A stretch of 64,000 bases of DNA, taken from NCBI RefSeq assembly GCF_009914755.1, contig NC_060929.1; one strand, written 5' to 3'. The DNA is from the human T2T-CHM13v2.0 reference genome, Homo sapiens. Below the pieces are notes generated by a model, which ran no database searches, was not told the DNA's origin, and saw only the letters and a program-made list of their open reading frames with translations. Shown piece after piece: positions 1-12,487 of the stretch (position 1 is the stretch's first letter; each line of letters opens with the position of its first letter). The translations under genes were made by a program, and so were the position numbers.

Positions 1-236
1 ACCAGCCTGACCAACATGGAGAAACCCCGTCTCTACTAAAAATACAAAATTAGCCGGGTGTGGTGGCACACGCCTGTAGTCCCAGCCACTTGGGAGGCTG
101 AGGCAGGAGGATCACTTGAACTTGGGAAGCAGAGGTTGCCATGAGCTGAGATTCACCATTGCACCTCAGCCTGGGCAACAGGAGTGAAACTCCATCTAAA
201 AAATAAAATAAAATAAAATAAAATAAAATAAAATAA
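1..236 (+). mobile_element. Alu, S-type (AluSp/Sq-like), 5' part cut by the window edge, (TAAAA)n tail
   Basis: ccaacatggagaaaccccgtctctactaaaaatacaaaattagccggg linker, complete right monomer, A-rich tail ~198-236. Confidence 0.95.
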
Positions 237-779
237 ACACCCAAACAGAGTGCATGGAGAAAGTAAATGAGTTTTAAGTAATAGCTGAGAGTAAAAAAAT
301 TGCAAATGTAGTTATAACAGGTTTGACAGAGAGAAAAAGGGAGTGTGTGTCTGACTCCATTTAGGTCAAAGTCCACGATTTGTGACAAACTTTGAAACAG
401 ATCAAATGAATTTAGTAAACACATGATGTGCTGCTCTGAAAACCTTACCAGAAAGACTAAAAATTAGAGTTAGGCCAGTTTATACTTACATCAGTCACTG
501 ATTAGACTCCTGTAGCAGTAGGAAGCAACATGTCCCTTAATCTGATGACTTTCGGGTAAGGGAAAAATCAAATATTCTGTGATGACCTTGCTTGAAGTCA
601 GTTTTTCTCCACAGCTTTGCTGGGGGTCAGAAGATTTAAATGGCAGGACTGTGACACTGCAGGCTAAGTCCGGGAATCATTTTGTTGAAGATCTTGTTTT
701 TTAGACACTCAGATACCTAAGGGAGGCACATTATATAGGACAGGTAAGTGAGTGCCGGGACATTCAGATTTTCTCTGTG

Positions 780-965
780 GTCGTTTCTCAAAGTCCAGTG
801 TGCATCAGAATCACCTGCAGGCTTTATTAAAGTAAAGCTTGCTGGGCACCAACCCAGGGCTTCTGATTCATAGATTTGGGGTGGGACCTGAAAAAGTGCA
901 TTTCTAACAAATTCCCAAGTAGTGCTGCAGGTGCTGTGGTCTAGGGCCACATGCTGGGTGCATCT
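780..965 (-). mobile_element. MER5A-like hAT-Charlie DNA transposon remnant
   Basis: tgcatcagaatcacctg...ttctgattca...tgcatttctaacaaattccca matches the reverse complement of MER5A. Confidence 0.85.
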
Positions 966-1114
966 ACCTCAGTGTTTTCCTAAATTAACCCTACACAAAG
1001 TTATTATTTCTTTCAGCTATTTTTTTTATTGCTTCTGTTTTAGCTATTGTGCCTTTCTCACATTTGCTTATATGTTGCCTCTGAATATGTCACTAATTTT
1101 TTTCATGGTGAAAA

Positions 1115-1220
1115 CCTTGTCTCCTCCTATAGAATATTTGCTCTGCCTTTCACTTATCGCATAGTGCTGAGTACACAATAGATTCCTGATAAATGACTCC
1201 TGAATATAGAATGAATGAAG
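1115..1220 (+). mobile_element. L2 3' end remnant
   Basis: gcatagtgctgagtacacaatag...ataaatg...gaatgaatgaa typical of the L2 tail. Confidence 0.6.
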
Positions 1221-3107
1221 ACAATGGAAAGTATAAACTACAATATATTTTATCCTTTTGATTTTTCTTCATCAAAAGTAGCTATGTTTTAGCTTGGCCT
1301 AATACCAACTCCATTTTCTTCCTACTTTAAATCTTTTTTCTCTGCATATAGACCTCATTTAGGAAGAAGACGAACACATATTATGGCTTACATACTTCAA
1401 CATGAAAAGCATATAAAAGGACTTTATAGCCATACTTCTATTTTCATTATCTAAGTGTATTAGTAAAAGCAAACCTATTACATCTTCCTTTTGAGAAGCC
1501 AAAAACATCTGGAATTTATGTTATGAGAAACAGCTTTGACAGACTTTATTTGACATGCACATCAACTGCTAAGAAAAAAAAATCACTAGAGGAAATGTTA
1601 AACTAAGTTATGACACTGTCCTGCCAACAGAAGATTGAGGTTGGTTTGTTGGCTGTATCTTGAAGATGCATTAAAATATGAAGGCACAAAAAGGACAGCT
1701 GTTTCGGAGAGATCAACCCCACATTATCCTAACTGATAAATAAATGTGCAATGTAATATATAATTCCGGTGTGGGGCTCCAGAGCTGAGATAATTCTTAA
1801 GAGCAGGGCTCAAGTGATTTGTCACCAGGCCCTTAGAAGCAACGCTTTGTGTTACGTTGCTGCACACTCTGCTTTTATTTAATGGGAGCTTTATCATTTT
1901 TATTTGATTTCTTATTTATATTTCAGAATTCTTGAAAGGTTATTCTGCTATCAAAGTGAAACTATGTATATACTGCCAAGCCATTTGAGCTCATATATGT
2001 ATAAATAAGAGATTTCCCCTGCCCCTGGCTCCTTGATGTTCACTGAGATGTTCCACCTTTCATACTGTGAACTGTAAGAGGGAATGGACATAATATATCG
2101 TCCATCTCCCCCCCGACTCCAGAACACACCTCCAGATATCCTCTGAAACTGCAGAAAGGAGAAAACCCTTTTTCCTTTTCTATGTTCCTCTTATTTCTGC
2201 ATAAGACGGCATATGTACATATATAGACACACATATATACACATCTATAGGCATACATGTATATTTGAATTTCAAATTAAGAAACATAAAATGATACTTC
2301 AAATTAAGACTGTCTCAGAAAATGCAGCATACAAGACTGTTGCAAGCGTTTGATTTAGATACATGGGTTTTCTAAGAAACGTACGCTGTTAGCATCATGG
2401 TTGCCTGTAAGGAAGAGCCAGAAGTGTTTGTACTCAAGCTTTCTTATCTTCTCTTCATCATCTGTCCATTTTCCCTCATGGTCAGATTTCAACGTTACTT
2501 CCCGGAAAGACCATGGTGCCTCAAGGGAGACACAGCAAAGGGACCCCAAAGCAATGACACATGTGTCTGGTTGTGTTGTGGGCCAATGATCTGATGGCAC
2601 ATTGCCCTCTCCTCTTCAAATAAATCTGCAAAGAGCTGTTCTCCATTGTTGTGTATGTATGACCTTTTCAAAGTCACTGGAGAGAGTTAGGAGGGAAGAT
2701 CCTAAACATTAAAAAAAAATTAAGAGAAGTCAATACATGGTTACAAAAATTAAAGTATATAGTAAATATTCACATTTAATAATGCTTTTAATCATCCAAA
2801 TTCAAGACAACATAATCAGGCAACTCAACAAGCAACAAATTAAATAAGATATATTAATTTATAATGTGTTGGGTTGTATGTTCTAGTAATGGCATGCACA
2901 TTTGAAGTGTTATGAAGAATATCAACTTTTTTCAATCTTAACAGCTTGTCTATTGTAATCTCATGTGAAAATGACATCACAAATCTAAATCTGAGGCCTT
3001 TCATGACACCTTGAATAGGCACTGTATACAAGATATTCTCCAGTCCACTTTGGGGAATTAGGCTCATTATTTCACAGATTTATGGCATCCTATAAAATGC
3101 TTTACAT

Positions 3108-3315
3108 CAAGCTTGTCCAACCTGCGGCCAGTGGACCACATGCACCCCAGGAGAGCTTTGGATGGCATCCAACACAAATTCGTAAACTTTCTTAAAACAT
3201 TATTTTTTTTTTCTTTGCTAATCAGCTGTCATTAGTGTTAGTGTATTTTATAAGTGGCCCAAGACAATTCTTCTTCCACTGTGGCCCAAGGAAGCCAAAA
3301 TATTGGATATACCTG
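3108..3315 (+). mobile_element. MER30 (hAT-Charlie MITE), complete
   Basis: Starts caagcttgtccaacc, internal aacacaaattcgtaaactttcttaaaacatt, ends ttggatatacctg; 8-bp TSD ctttacat (3100-3107) / cttgacat (3316-3323). Confidence 0.92.
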
Positions 3316-3400
3316 CTTGACATGAAAGAAACCAACCACTGAAAAAAATCTAGACTTCACTTTTTATCTAGTAACTAAACTAAATTTATGCTTTGAGCAA

Positions 3401-3770
3401 TATATATACATATTGCTCAAATACATATATATGGCTCAAAGCATAAATCTAGTTACTAAACTATATATACTATATACATATATATGTATATATGTGTATC
3501 TATACATACATATATATGTATATATGTGTATATATACATTTGTACATATATGTGTATATATACATTTGTACATATATGTGTATATATACATTTGTACATA
3601 TATGTGTATAAATGTATATATGTGTGTGTATATATTGCTCAAAGCATAAATTTAGTTTAGTTACTAAACTCTATATATATATATACTATAAACATATATA
3701 TATAGTACAACATATATATATATAAACACATATATTATATATAAACACATATAAATATATATATATGTTG
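3401..3770. repeat. (TA)n/(TATG/TACA) low-complexity tract containing inverted copies of its left flank
   Basis: Direct reading; includes a ~22-bp unit atatgtgtatatatacatttgtac-like repeated three times. Confidence 0.95.
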
Positions 3771-4435
3771 TACTTCTGGTTAACATAAGAGAAAATTCTG
3801 GTGCTCAGGCCCTAGTACCTAACTATCAATGTAGTTAAATACCAGTAAATTTTATGTCCAAGTCTCTGATCAAATGTTAGTTGCATCCAACTAGAATATT
3901 TTATTGGAGAAACTTTAGTGGCTCAACCCATTAAACTCTACATAGAGGTATTTCATCTTTCAGCATAATTATCATGATCAAATGAGCTCTCTTGATTTTT
4001 TTAAATAAAAAGAATCCTTACTACTTTTTCTATTTTAATACTGCATTTCTAAAGAATGTTCAGAATGATCACACAACTGAAAATCAAATAAATGACCCCT
4101 TTTCCGTCTTTAGCTAAAGAAAGATATTGTTGACAATAACTTTAAAAGAATTTCTTTTTGTTACAAACCAAGCCAAAAGAGGAACCATCCATCAATTTTC
4201 TTAGGTGTGGCCCACACCGTTGAATGTAATTCATAAAACATTTGGAGAGTGGACCCCAGTATATTCTCACTGAAATGCAGATCCCTATAGATAATGTTCC
4301 CTGCTCCAAGTCAAGAAGTTATACAAACCCTTGTACTTCTATGACTTTGCCTTTTCAGGATTTTGGAAAAGATTATCTTGAATAAGGTGTTATGCTTTGT
4401 TTTCAGATTGCATATGTTCTTGAAAGAGCTAAGAC

Positions 4436-4690
4436 CAATAGCACAACAGGCTGACTAGTCAACAATAATTTCGTTGTACATTTAAAAATAACTAAAGGGG
4501 TATAATTGTATTGTTTGTAACACAAAGGATAAATGCTTGAGGGAATGGATACCCTATCTTCCATGATGTGATTATTTCACATTGAATGTCTGTGTCAAAA
4601 CATCTCATAAACTCTGTGAGTATATGAGATAAATATATACACCTACTATGTACCTACAAAAATTAAAAATTAAAAAAGAAAAAGAAAAAA
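4436..4690 (+). mobile_element. L1MA-type 3' end, 5'-truncated, with A-rich tail
   Basis: gtaacacaaaggataaatgcttgagg...acctactatgtacctacaaaaattaaaaatt; approximate TSD aaagagctaaga / aaagaggtaaga. Confidence 0.88.
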
Positions 4691-5229
4691 GAGGTAAGAA
4701 CATTGTAGAGATTTTTGTTACCAAGTCATTTCAGGTGAATAAGTTAGATTTTTCTGGTCAAGCCGTGTTTCACATTGTAGTTAGGATTTTATTAACACAG
4801 CAGGTTTTTATGCTCATTTTCAGTTTCGACATCTGAATTATTCCTAATTTCTCTGTCTTGAAGCTTTCTAGTTGCCTCTATGAACAAGGTAAGTATACAG
4901 TTATTTTTATGTGGAGCACAATTCTAGCAATTCCAGCCTACTTTTGATAGCTTTTTCATATTCATCCTCTCAAATTTTTCTTAACTAGATGCTCCTTTCA
5001 CTAACCTAAGGAGTATACCTAAGAAATGTTTCTCTACTCACACTGTTCACCAAATATGTATGGTTTCAAACTGAAGTTCTCTACAACTTCCTCATTTTCT
5101 TTTGCTTCCTACTGACTGTCTTTTGAAATGCCTACTTCATCTGCTTCCAATTTTACCTTTCCTAAGGGAACACTAGGGGTCTAATCTGGAGACATGGATA
5201 TCAGTTATTTTTCCCTTCCCAATGACTCT

Positions 5230-5415
5230 TCTCCCATCACTCTTGGTAACAGTCAATCAGTTTCCCTTTAAACAATCACCATTCTTCACATCAGTCATCT
5301 GGGTGGGGTTAATTTTACCCCTTGCTCCAGTAATGGACATGTTCCCAACCTTGGCCAACGAGATTGTGACGTGGAACTTCAGCTGCAACAACTGGGAAAG
5401 AAATGCTCTCTTTCT
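5230..5415. mobile_element. Old ERVL-class LTR fragment (LTR16-like)
   Basis: gggtggggtt...ccccttgctccag...ttggccaa...caactgggaaagaaatgctctctttc resembles the LTR16 group. Confidence 0.4.
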
Positions 5416-6309
5416 TTTTCTCTTCTTTTTTTAAAACTTCAGTCATGACTTGGCATTTGTTAGACAAAATTTTGATTGACAAGCAAATAAAACCATGTTA
5501 TAAAGTTTGGAGTCCACAAAAATACCCAGTCTACTTCACAAAAACTCCCACAAAATTGCAAAAGAGACAATCCATGAAAGAGCGACTTACCATTGTGCCT
5601 TATTCTATTTAACGTTCATTCTATAATGCAAAATTCTGCTCCCAGATACTCCAATTTTCACACTCCATAAGGTATAAAATCCTCTACTTAAAGACTGTTC
5701 ATAGTCTAGTTTCACATGGCCTGACCAACCTTCTCACACAGCACTTTCAATACAACCTCTTTGTAGGCAGGTGGGTACAGGTACATACACAGTATTTCAT
5801 TGAGGAAGGGTTCTTGAATTATTAAGACTCTTTAAGGTGGTCAGAACAGCTGAAAGGGATTAGAAACCAAAAATGCCAATGCAATGAGTAAGTAAACCAT
5901 GAAAGTCAGATGCACATTTAGAAGGGGGAAATGGACAACAAAGTTATTTGCCTGTTTCTCTGGGAGCAAAATTGAGGCTAAAAATAGACAGCCCAAGAGG
6001 GTGATGAATACTTCTTTAGAATTGTTTTTTGGTCTTCATCCATTTTCAGAAGTGACTATTATCCCATATTATCCCAGCTCCATGGGGATTCTAAAATTGT
6101 GAACATTTGTAGATTTGCTCCTGAGGGAAAGAAAAGCTATTTCTACTAGGGTGTCTTAGCTCGGAAGAAGTATGCCTGAAGATGCAAAGGGCCACAACCT
6201 GGAAGGGTGTGCCCAAGAGTGAAGCTAATACCAAGGGAAGCAGAGTTAATGTGCCTGATTTTTTAGTTATCTTAGCCAAAACATACATCCCTTTCCTCAT
6301 CTCTCTCCC

Positions 6310-6820
6310 TATATTAATTTATGAGTACCCACTATGGACCCACAAGTGTAGTAGGAAGTGGGGTGCAATACAAAGAAGTACATTACAAGTTAGTTTCGTA
6401 GATGAGACCAATGCCCATGATACAGAGAGCGGCAAACAGGATATTTAAATCTTAAGTGCAAAGACCCAAATGATAAATGTAGTAAGTCTGAAGATGGCAG
6501 AGACCACCAAGGTGATGTTAGCTAAAAGTACCTTTGGACAAGAGGTGTTAATTAAACTAAAAATTTAAGAACACACAGAATTTTGATAGTTGTAGAAGAG
6601 GGTAAAGTTCCCTGGCTGGATACGGAGGAGATCTCCTCCCTACAAAGAGGCTGTGTTGAAAGTGCTATGTGATAAAGTTGGATAGGTCATATGAAACTAG
6701 ACTATAAAAAGTCTTTAAGATAAGTAGAGGGTTTTATACCTTATGGAGTTTGAAGATGGGAGCAATTCTAATTTGGTAAGCAAGGAATGATATGGTGAAA
6801 GCAGTAATTTAAGATTGCTG
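6310..6820 (-). mobile_element. L2 remnant
   Basis: Purine-rich antisense L2 motifs (ggagcaatt...taagcaaggaatgatatggtga...tttaagattgctg). Confidence 0.6.
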
Positions 6821-6821
6821 A

Positions 6822-6985
6822 ATCCTCAAAGCTGGTCTGCATTAAACTGCCTTAAGTGTTTGATAAAAATACAGATTTCTGCTACTGCCTCAGATCCACT
6901 GAATCAGAATCACTGATGCGGAGACCAAGAATCTTTATTTTCAACAAGCACCTGTGGAGATTTAAATATGAAGCCAGATTTAGTG
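6822..6985. mobile_element. MER5 (MER5B-like) remnant
   Basis: aaaatacagatttct...ctgaatcagaatcactg...aagaatctttattttcaacaagcacc. Confidence 0.75.
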
Positions 6986-7164
6986 GTCTGCAAATTGAGC
7001 ATGGATTAACTTCACAATCATACTGACTTCTAGGCTTTCCCTCGTGTTTTTCATACTGTAATTTCATTTACTCTCTCTATCACGAGATCCCTCATCTCCC
7101 TCTTCTTCATCTTAACATACACTTTAAGACGCACTATTAAAAACAGCGAAGGCTCCCTACCCTC

Positions 7165-7240
7165 TATATAACTCAGTTTCCTCATCTGCAAAATAGTCTT
7201 AATTATGCTAATTGAAATTTCCTGGTACTTCATGGGGCTG
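7165..7240 (+). mobile_element. MIR core fragment
   Basis: ctcagtttcctcatctgcaaaatag. Confidence 0.65.
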
Positions 7241-9308
7241 ATAATTATTGTCTTTCTCCATTTTCTCATTCTTATTTTCAATGGCATTGGAAACCATTTA
7301 TTTTCTCCTGCTTATTTCCACTATGCTGTGCTATCAATCTGTTTCTCACCTCTACTTTCAAAACCTTGTCCACTCAGTGACAAAGTCTTTTATTTTATCT
7401 CCCTAACAGGCCACTGCACTGTAACGGCCCTACTGTGGTTTTAAAAGAACGGCCTACACTGGCTTCTTAGGTGTTCTTTTCTTCTTACAGCCAAAATATC
7501 TTGCAAATTTATTCATTCTCATGTTCTTCATTTCTTGATAGTCTATTCACTTCTTAGTTTCTTCTGTTGGTGTTTTGTAGAGCTAACCAATAGTTCCTTT
7601 CTCTCCCCTTCCTTAAATTTGGTGCAAATTAAGGGAGAGAAATAGGGATCAGTGTGAAGGAGATCAAACTATCAGTCTTATCAATAAAAAAATAGATTGG
7701 AGTATATGCTTACCTAGGAACTTTACTGAGCTTGATAGCAATATTGAAATAAATTTGCTCCCCCAGAATGCAGACTTTAGGAATGTGTGTGTCATGGGAA
7801 GGTGACAGTACCTATCCTACATCCTACATTGCTTGCAGCCTAGCTGTGCAGACCAGATGGGCACTGTCTGTAGACAAATGAATGACAAGAAATAATCTAC
7901 AAGTAACTAAGCTGAACATACTCATTTTTTGGGGAACATGCCAATCAAGTAAATCACTCCCACCCTTACCCCAGAGGTGCAAGTAAGGGGCCAGAAGGAG
8001 ACCTAAAGTGATTTGCAAATGGAAGCAATTCTATAGGAGAATGGGTGGAAAGCAGTATCACCCTAACACCCAATGGAATGAAACTGCGTAATTGAGCAAC
8101 ACAAATGCCAAACCTCTGTTGGTTGTCTTCCTCTACTCTCTTTTTCGTGTACTCCTCTGAAGTGTTGACTACACATTGTGAGCACTTTGCTCTTTTGTCA
8201 AAGGCACCTGGCTGAGGGAAGGTGGCAGGCTGAATTCTGGCTCCTGTGGAGCTTGCCCTTAGGATTGTAGCCACTCAGAGGAAGGGGCATCATTTTCTAC
8301 TTGCAAGGCAGGTGCACCTCGGGTAGAGTCTATTTGTAAAGGCCACCTGCTTATAATTTGTCTGGCCAGTGGCAGCTTTTAAAAAATTGGTATAAAAGAG
8401 CTCACACCGCACATGCCTAAAAACTCTTCTACCTTTTCCTCCCAAAGGGCATAAAGCTCTCCTTTTCCCTTTCTCCCTGACAGTCCCCTGCATTCTTTTC
8501 GATTATTTTACTCCATACATCCCCTTTGGTCATCATTGTTTAGTCTTTGGCCTCAGCTAAGTTTTCTTTTGCTTTGTCTAAACAGTATTTAAGGTAGGGA
8601 TGGCATGCTTGCAATACTCTGGAAAGATGGTCTGCACTAATCACAGTGGACTGAGACCATCAATTCTGTTAGGATATTGCAGGTTTTTCTTGACTTTTGC
8701 ATCAACCATGCCACATCATTGGCTCAAAATAGCACACAGTGAACAAACAATAGCTCTGCAGTCTTGTGCATATATGCTCCTATTACTAGCATCTCATCTG
8801 CTATTCCTGAATTTGAACTTATCAGGTGATATATACCATTCACTTCTACAAACTCGACCGTGGAATATGCTAAGTTAGGAAGAGTATAAGAAAAGGATAG
8901 ATGCACTACTTTGGATGAAAGAAAAAGCTGAAATTTCTATTTCATGTCCACTTTCTCATTCACTTACTGATTCTCCACATGAATATTAAGCTAGGCCTTA
9001 TGGATACAGAAGAATGGCACTCTGTCCACACATTCTCTACCCAAGATAAAATCTTCAGATTAGAAAGCCAAGGGAAAATGCTGGCAAGAGGCACCAAACA
9101 GCAAAGCAGAGGAGAAAATAAGAGAATCCTGACTGGGTTAATTGTGCTTAAGTCTATTATGTGGATGAAACACATTCCCTTTTCCATATTTCATTTTTCT
9201 TCTTTGTGATCCCTTCCCTATGTATTCCTGCCCTGTTATAGTCTCATCTGTGGTTAGATACTTGTTATTCTGTCTTTATATAGGCCCTTTTCTGCCTGCA
9301 CCTGATGA

Positions 9309-9650
<342 letters not shown>

Positions 9651-10329
9651 TACAATGGCTTCTTAGGTGTTTGTTCACCATCTTCTTTTAGGTAAGTCAG
9701 AATTATCATTGTTGCTGTTTAAAAGATTCACATAAGCAATTCTTCTCAGGATCAGAGATTATTTTTACCGTTGCAGCTTTCGAAATCTGATTTCCTAGAG
9801 TCTACAATGCATGTCTGACTTCTCGTCTATCACAAGTTCTGAAGTTATACTACTACTAATGGTAACAAACACAGACATTTCATTGTTATGAGCTTTTAAT
9901 TTATCCAGTTTGACTATTATCTTTTTTAAAAAAATTTGAGAGTAAGACTCCTTTCAGCAAAGATTACTGTCCCTTTTGCTTCACTACTACAGTCCTCCTA
10001 GTAAGTCAAAGTGGTGGCTGTATCTCCTGGCACTTCTACATCTTAGAATATTAAATTGTTACCAAGACACACTGAGAAACAGCTAGATACCCTTCTTTTA
10101 GTTGAAGGAAGTGTCTAGCAAGTGTCTGAACTACACAAACCCCTTTTGCCTTGTTTCTGGAGTTTGATTTTTTACCAAGTCTTATATTTTCTACCCTTAC
10201 ATATCTTTGGAGTATTTCTCCTCTTCGTTAGCAGTTAAGGGCACTTCAAACTGGATCAATGAAAAAAGCTTCTAATTGGAATCTCTGTCCTCAGGTATTT
10301 TTCCTTTCAATTTATTCTGAAATCAACTA

Positions 10330-10560
10330 TCAGATTAATCTTAAAACTGTACTTTTAATACCTAACATCCTGTTCAAAAATCTACAATATATTTCAAGTA
10401 ACAGTAGGATAAAGCCCAAACTTCTCAGCTTGACTTTCGAGGTCTCCAAGAACAACTTTACAGATTGTTTTCTATTTCTCATTACTTCTTGGTGATATTC
10501 CACAGGCCCAGCCACATTTACATATCCTCAACTTTTTGCCACCATTTCAATGCCTTCTCC
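10330..10560 (+). mobile_element. L2 remnant
   Basis: cctgttcaaaaatctacaat...aggataaagcccaaacttctcagcttgactttcgaggtctcc. Confidence 0.7.
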
Positions 10561-10799
10561 CTTCTGGCCTTCCTGGACATTCTAACTCTACTAATTTTGG
10601 CATAACTTCTTAAATCAACCAGCAATGTATTTTTGCTACCATTACTCACTATATTATGTTGTGGGTGAGGCAAAATTTCTGCCAGAGGGACCTGTGACAT
10701 ACAGTTTATTGAAGGAGACAGAGTCCTATCTAGAGCTCTATAGTGTGAAGAACATACACTGATATAGAAAGGAGAATGTGACATGCTAATGCAAATGTC

Positions 10800-11531
10800 T
10801 TTACATAAGTTTTGGTAAAACAAGATAAGAAAAAATTATGTCTGTCTGGAGCTTTGTGAAAGACTTTATGGAAGCAGGGCCATGTGAGTTGGGCTTCGAT
10901 TGATGGATAAGATTCTGATGTATCAGAGTATGGGCATTCTAGGTTAAAGGAGTAGTCAATAGTCCAGCTTGCTGGAGGGCAGCATGTATGTCTTTGGTGG
11001 GTGGAGAGAAGTTAATTTGAGATAAGGCTGGATAGTTAGAGGGAACAGTGCTAAAGGGTTTGCATTTTGCTGTCTAGTCAAGGGGATACTTTGGAAGGTT
11101 CTGAGCTATGGAATAAAATGATAGAATCAGGGCTTAGTAGGACATCTCTGGCAGCAATATACAAATCATGGATGGCTTTGAGAGAAGGAGAAACTAAAAC
11201 TGGTGATCAGATGGGCAGTTGTTGTATGGTCTATGCCAATGGTAATGAACACCTGATCCAGAGAAAGCAGTGAGACAGGAAAGGAAGGGTTAGTAGGCAA
11301 GGCATTTCTACAATAGATTCTGTAAGCTTGGAAAGGGACAGAAGGTAAGCATTGGGAATTTGGGAGGAACATTAATTTATTCAATAAGATTTCATAAGAC
11401 ACAATATTTGTCAGGAACTCTGTTATGAGCTAGAAATACAGAAATGAATAATATAGTCTGGAATTGAAAAACTTCACAATCTATTCAAATATAGGAATAT
11501 AAACAAATACCACACAGTGTAATTAAGATCG

Positions 11532-11572
<41 letters not shown>

Positions 11573-11574
11573 CC

Positions 11575-11631
<57 letters not shown>

Positions 11632-12260
11632 TTTTCCTTAGGACACAGAGATATGAAAGATATGTCTTACTAACATGCCATTTGAACTAGTTCTTTAAAG
11701 ATAAATAGAAGTTTGATAAATAATATGGAGTAGATGGGATATTGAGGCAGAGAGAACTTTTGCAAACACACAAATAAATTAAAGTACATGGTGTGTTCCT
11801 AGTGTCCCTGAACAAATAGGGAAGGCAGCGGAAGAACCTGGTAGGAAGCAAGGAAGAAAATTAACTAGATTGCGCTCAGCATTTCAATTTATTCTAAAGG
11901 TGATCATAAAATATGAAAGGGTTTTAAAAGATGTCTGTGTTTAGAAAGGTAACATTGAGCTGAAGTGGAACTGGGGGTAAAGATTGAAGGCAGAGAATTC
12001 AGTAGAACGTTGTTGCAATAATTCAGGTTTAAGATAATGAAGCTCTGGACTTGAGCACTATCAAAGGGAAAAATAGAAGATTAAACATTTATGTTGTTGG
12101 TGGAATCTGGATTAATTTACCCAGTTTGTCTATTAACAAACTGAACTGAATGTGGAAAGAGGTTAGAAGGTGACTGAAGGTTTTAATATAGATGATTGAG
12201 CTGACACTATTGCCATTGGTTGAGAAAGAATATTCAGCTTGAAGAACAGGATTTATGCAA
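10800..12260 (-). mobile_element. Series of L2 remnants, interrupted by the TCTA microsatellite
   Basis: Antisense L2 motifs, e.g. atttattcaataag...tttgtcaggaactctg and ggaaggttctgagctatggaataaaatgataga. Confidence 0.7.
11528..11628. repeat. Compound (TCTA/TATC)n tetranucleotide microsatellite
   Basis: Two runs of ~10 and ~12 units separated by ccatctat. Confidence 0.97.
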
Positions 12261-12274
12261 GAAAGTGTCAGTGA

Positions 12275-12485
12275 TCATCATAATGGTTAATGTTTACTAA
12301 GCATTTATGTAGTGGGCTCATTCTGGTACTTTGTGTAACTTAACTGTTTAATCTACACAAAAGTGATATGAAATGAGTACTCTCATGATCTCCATTTTAC
12401 AGATGAAGAAATAATGTGTACAGAGTTTAACTTCTCCAAGGTTGCATGACTAGTAAGATACAGAGCCAGAATTTGAACCTATACA
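12275..12485 (-). mobile_element. MIR
   Basis: ccattttacagatgaagaaa...ccaaggttgcatgactagtaag...agagccagaatttgaacc. Confidence 0.85.
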
Positions 12486-12487
12486 AT

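Noticed and set aside
50-424. 124-aa ORF, and similar ORFs at 9351, 39866 and 39970
   Set aside because: Translations of Alu sequence, not genes.
3413-3649. Tyr/Ile-rich ORFs on both strands
   Set aside because: Produced by the TA-rich microsatellite.
5410-5640. T-rich run followed by unique sequence, as a possible processed pseudogene
   Set aside because: No poly(A) signal at the right distance, no TSD and no recognisable coding similarity.
10082-10119. Short imperfect hairpin gctagatac.ccttc / gaagg..gtgtctagc
   Set aside because: Short with a bulge and a mismatch; compatible with chance.
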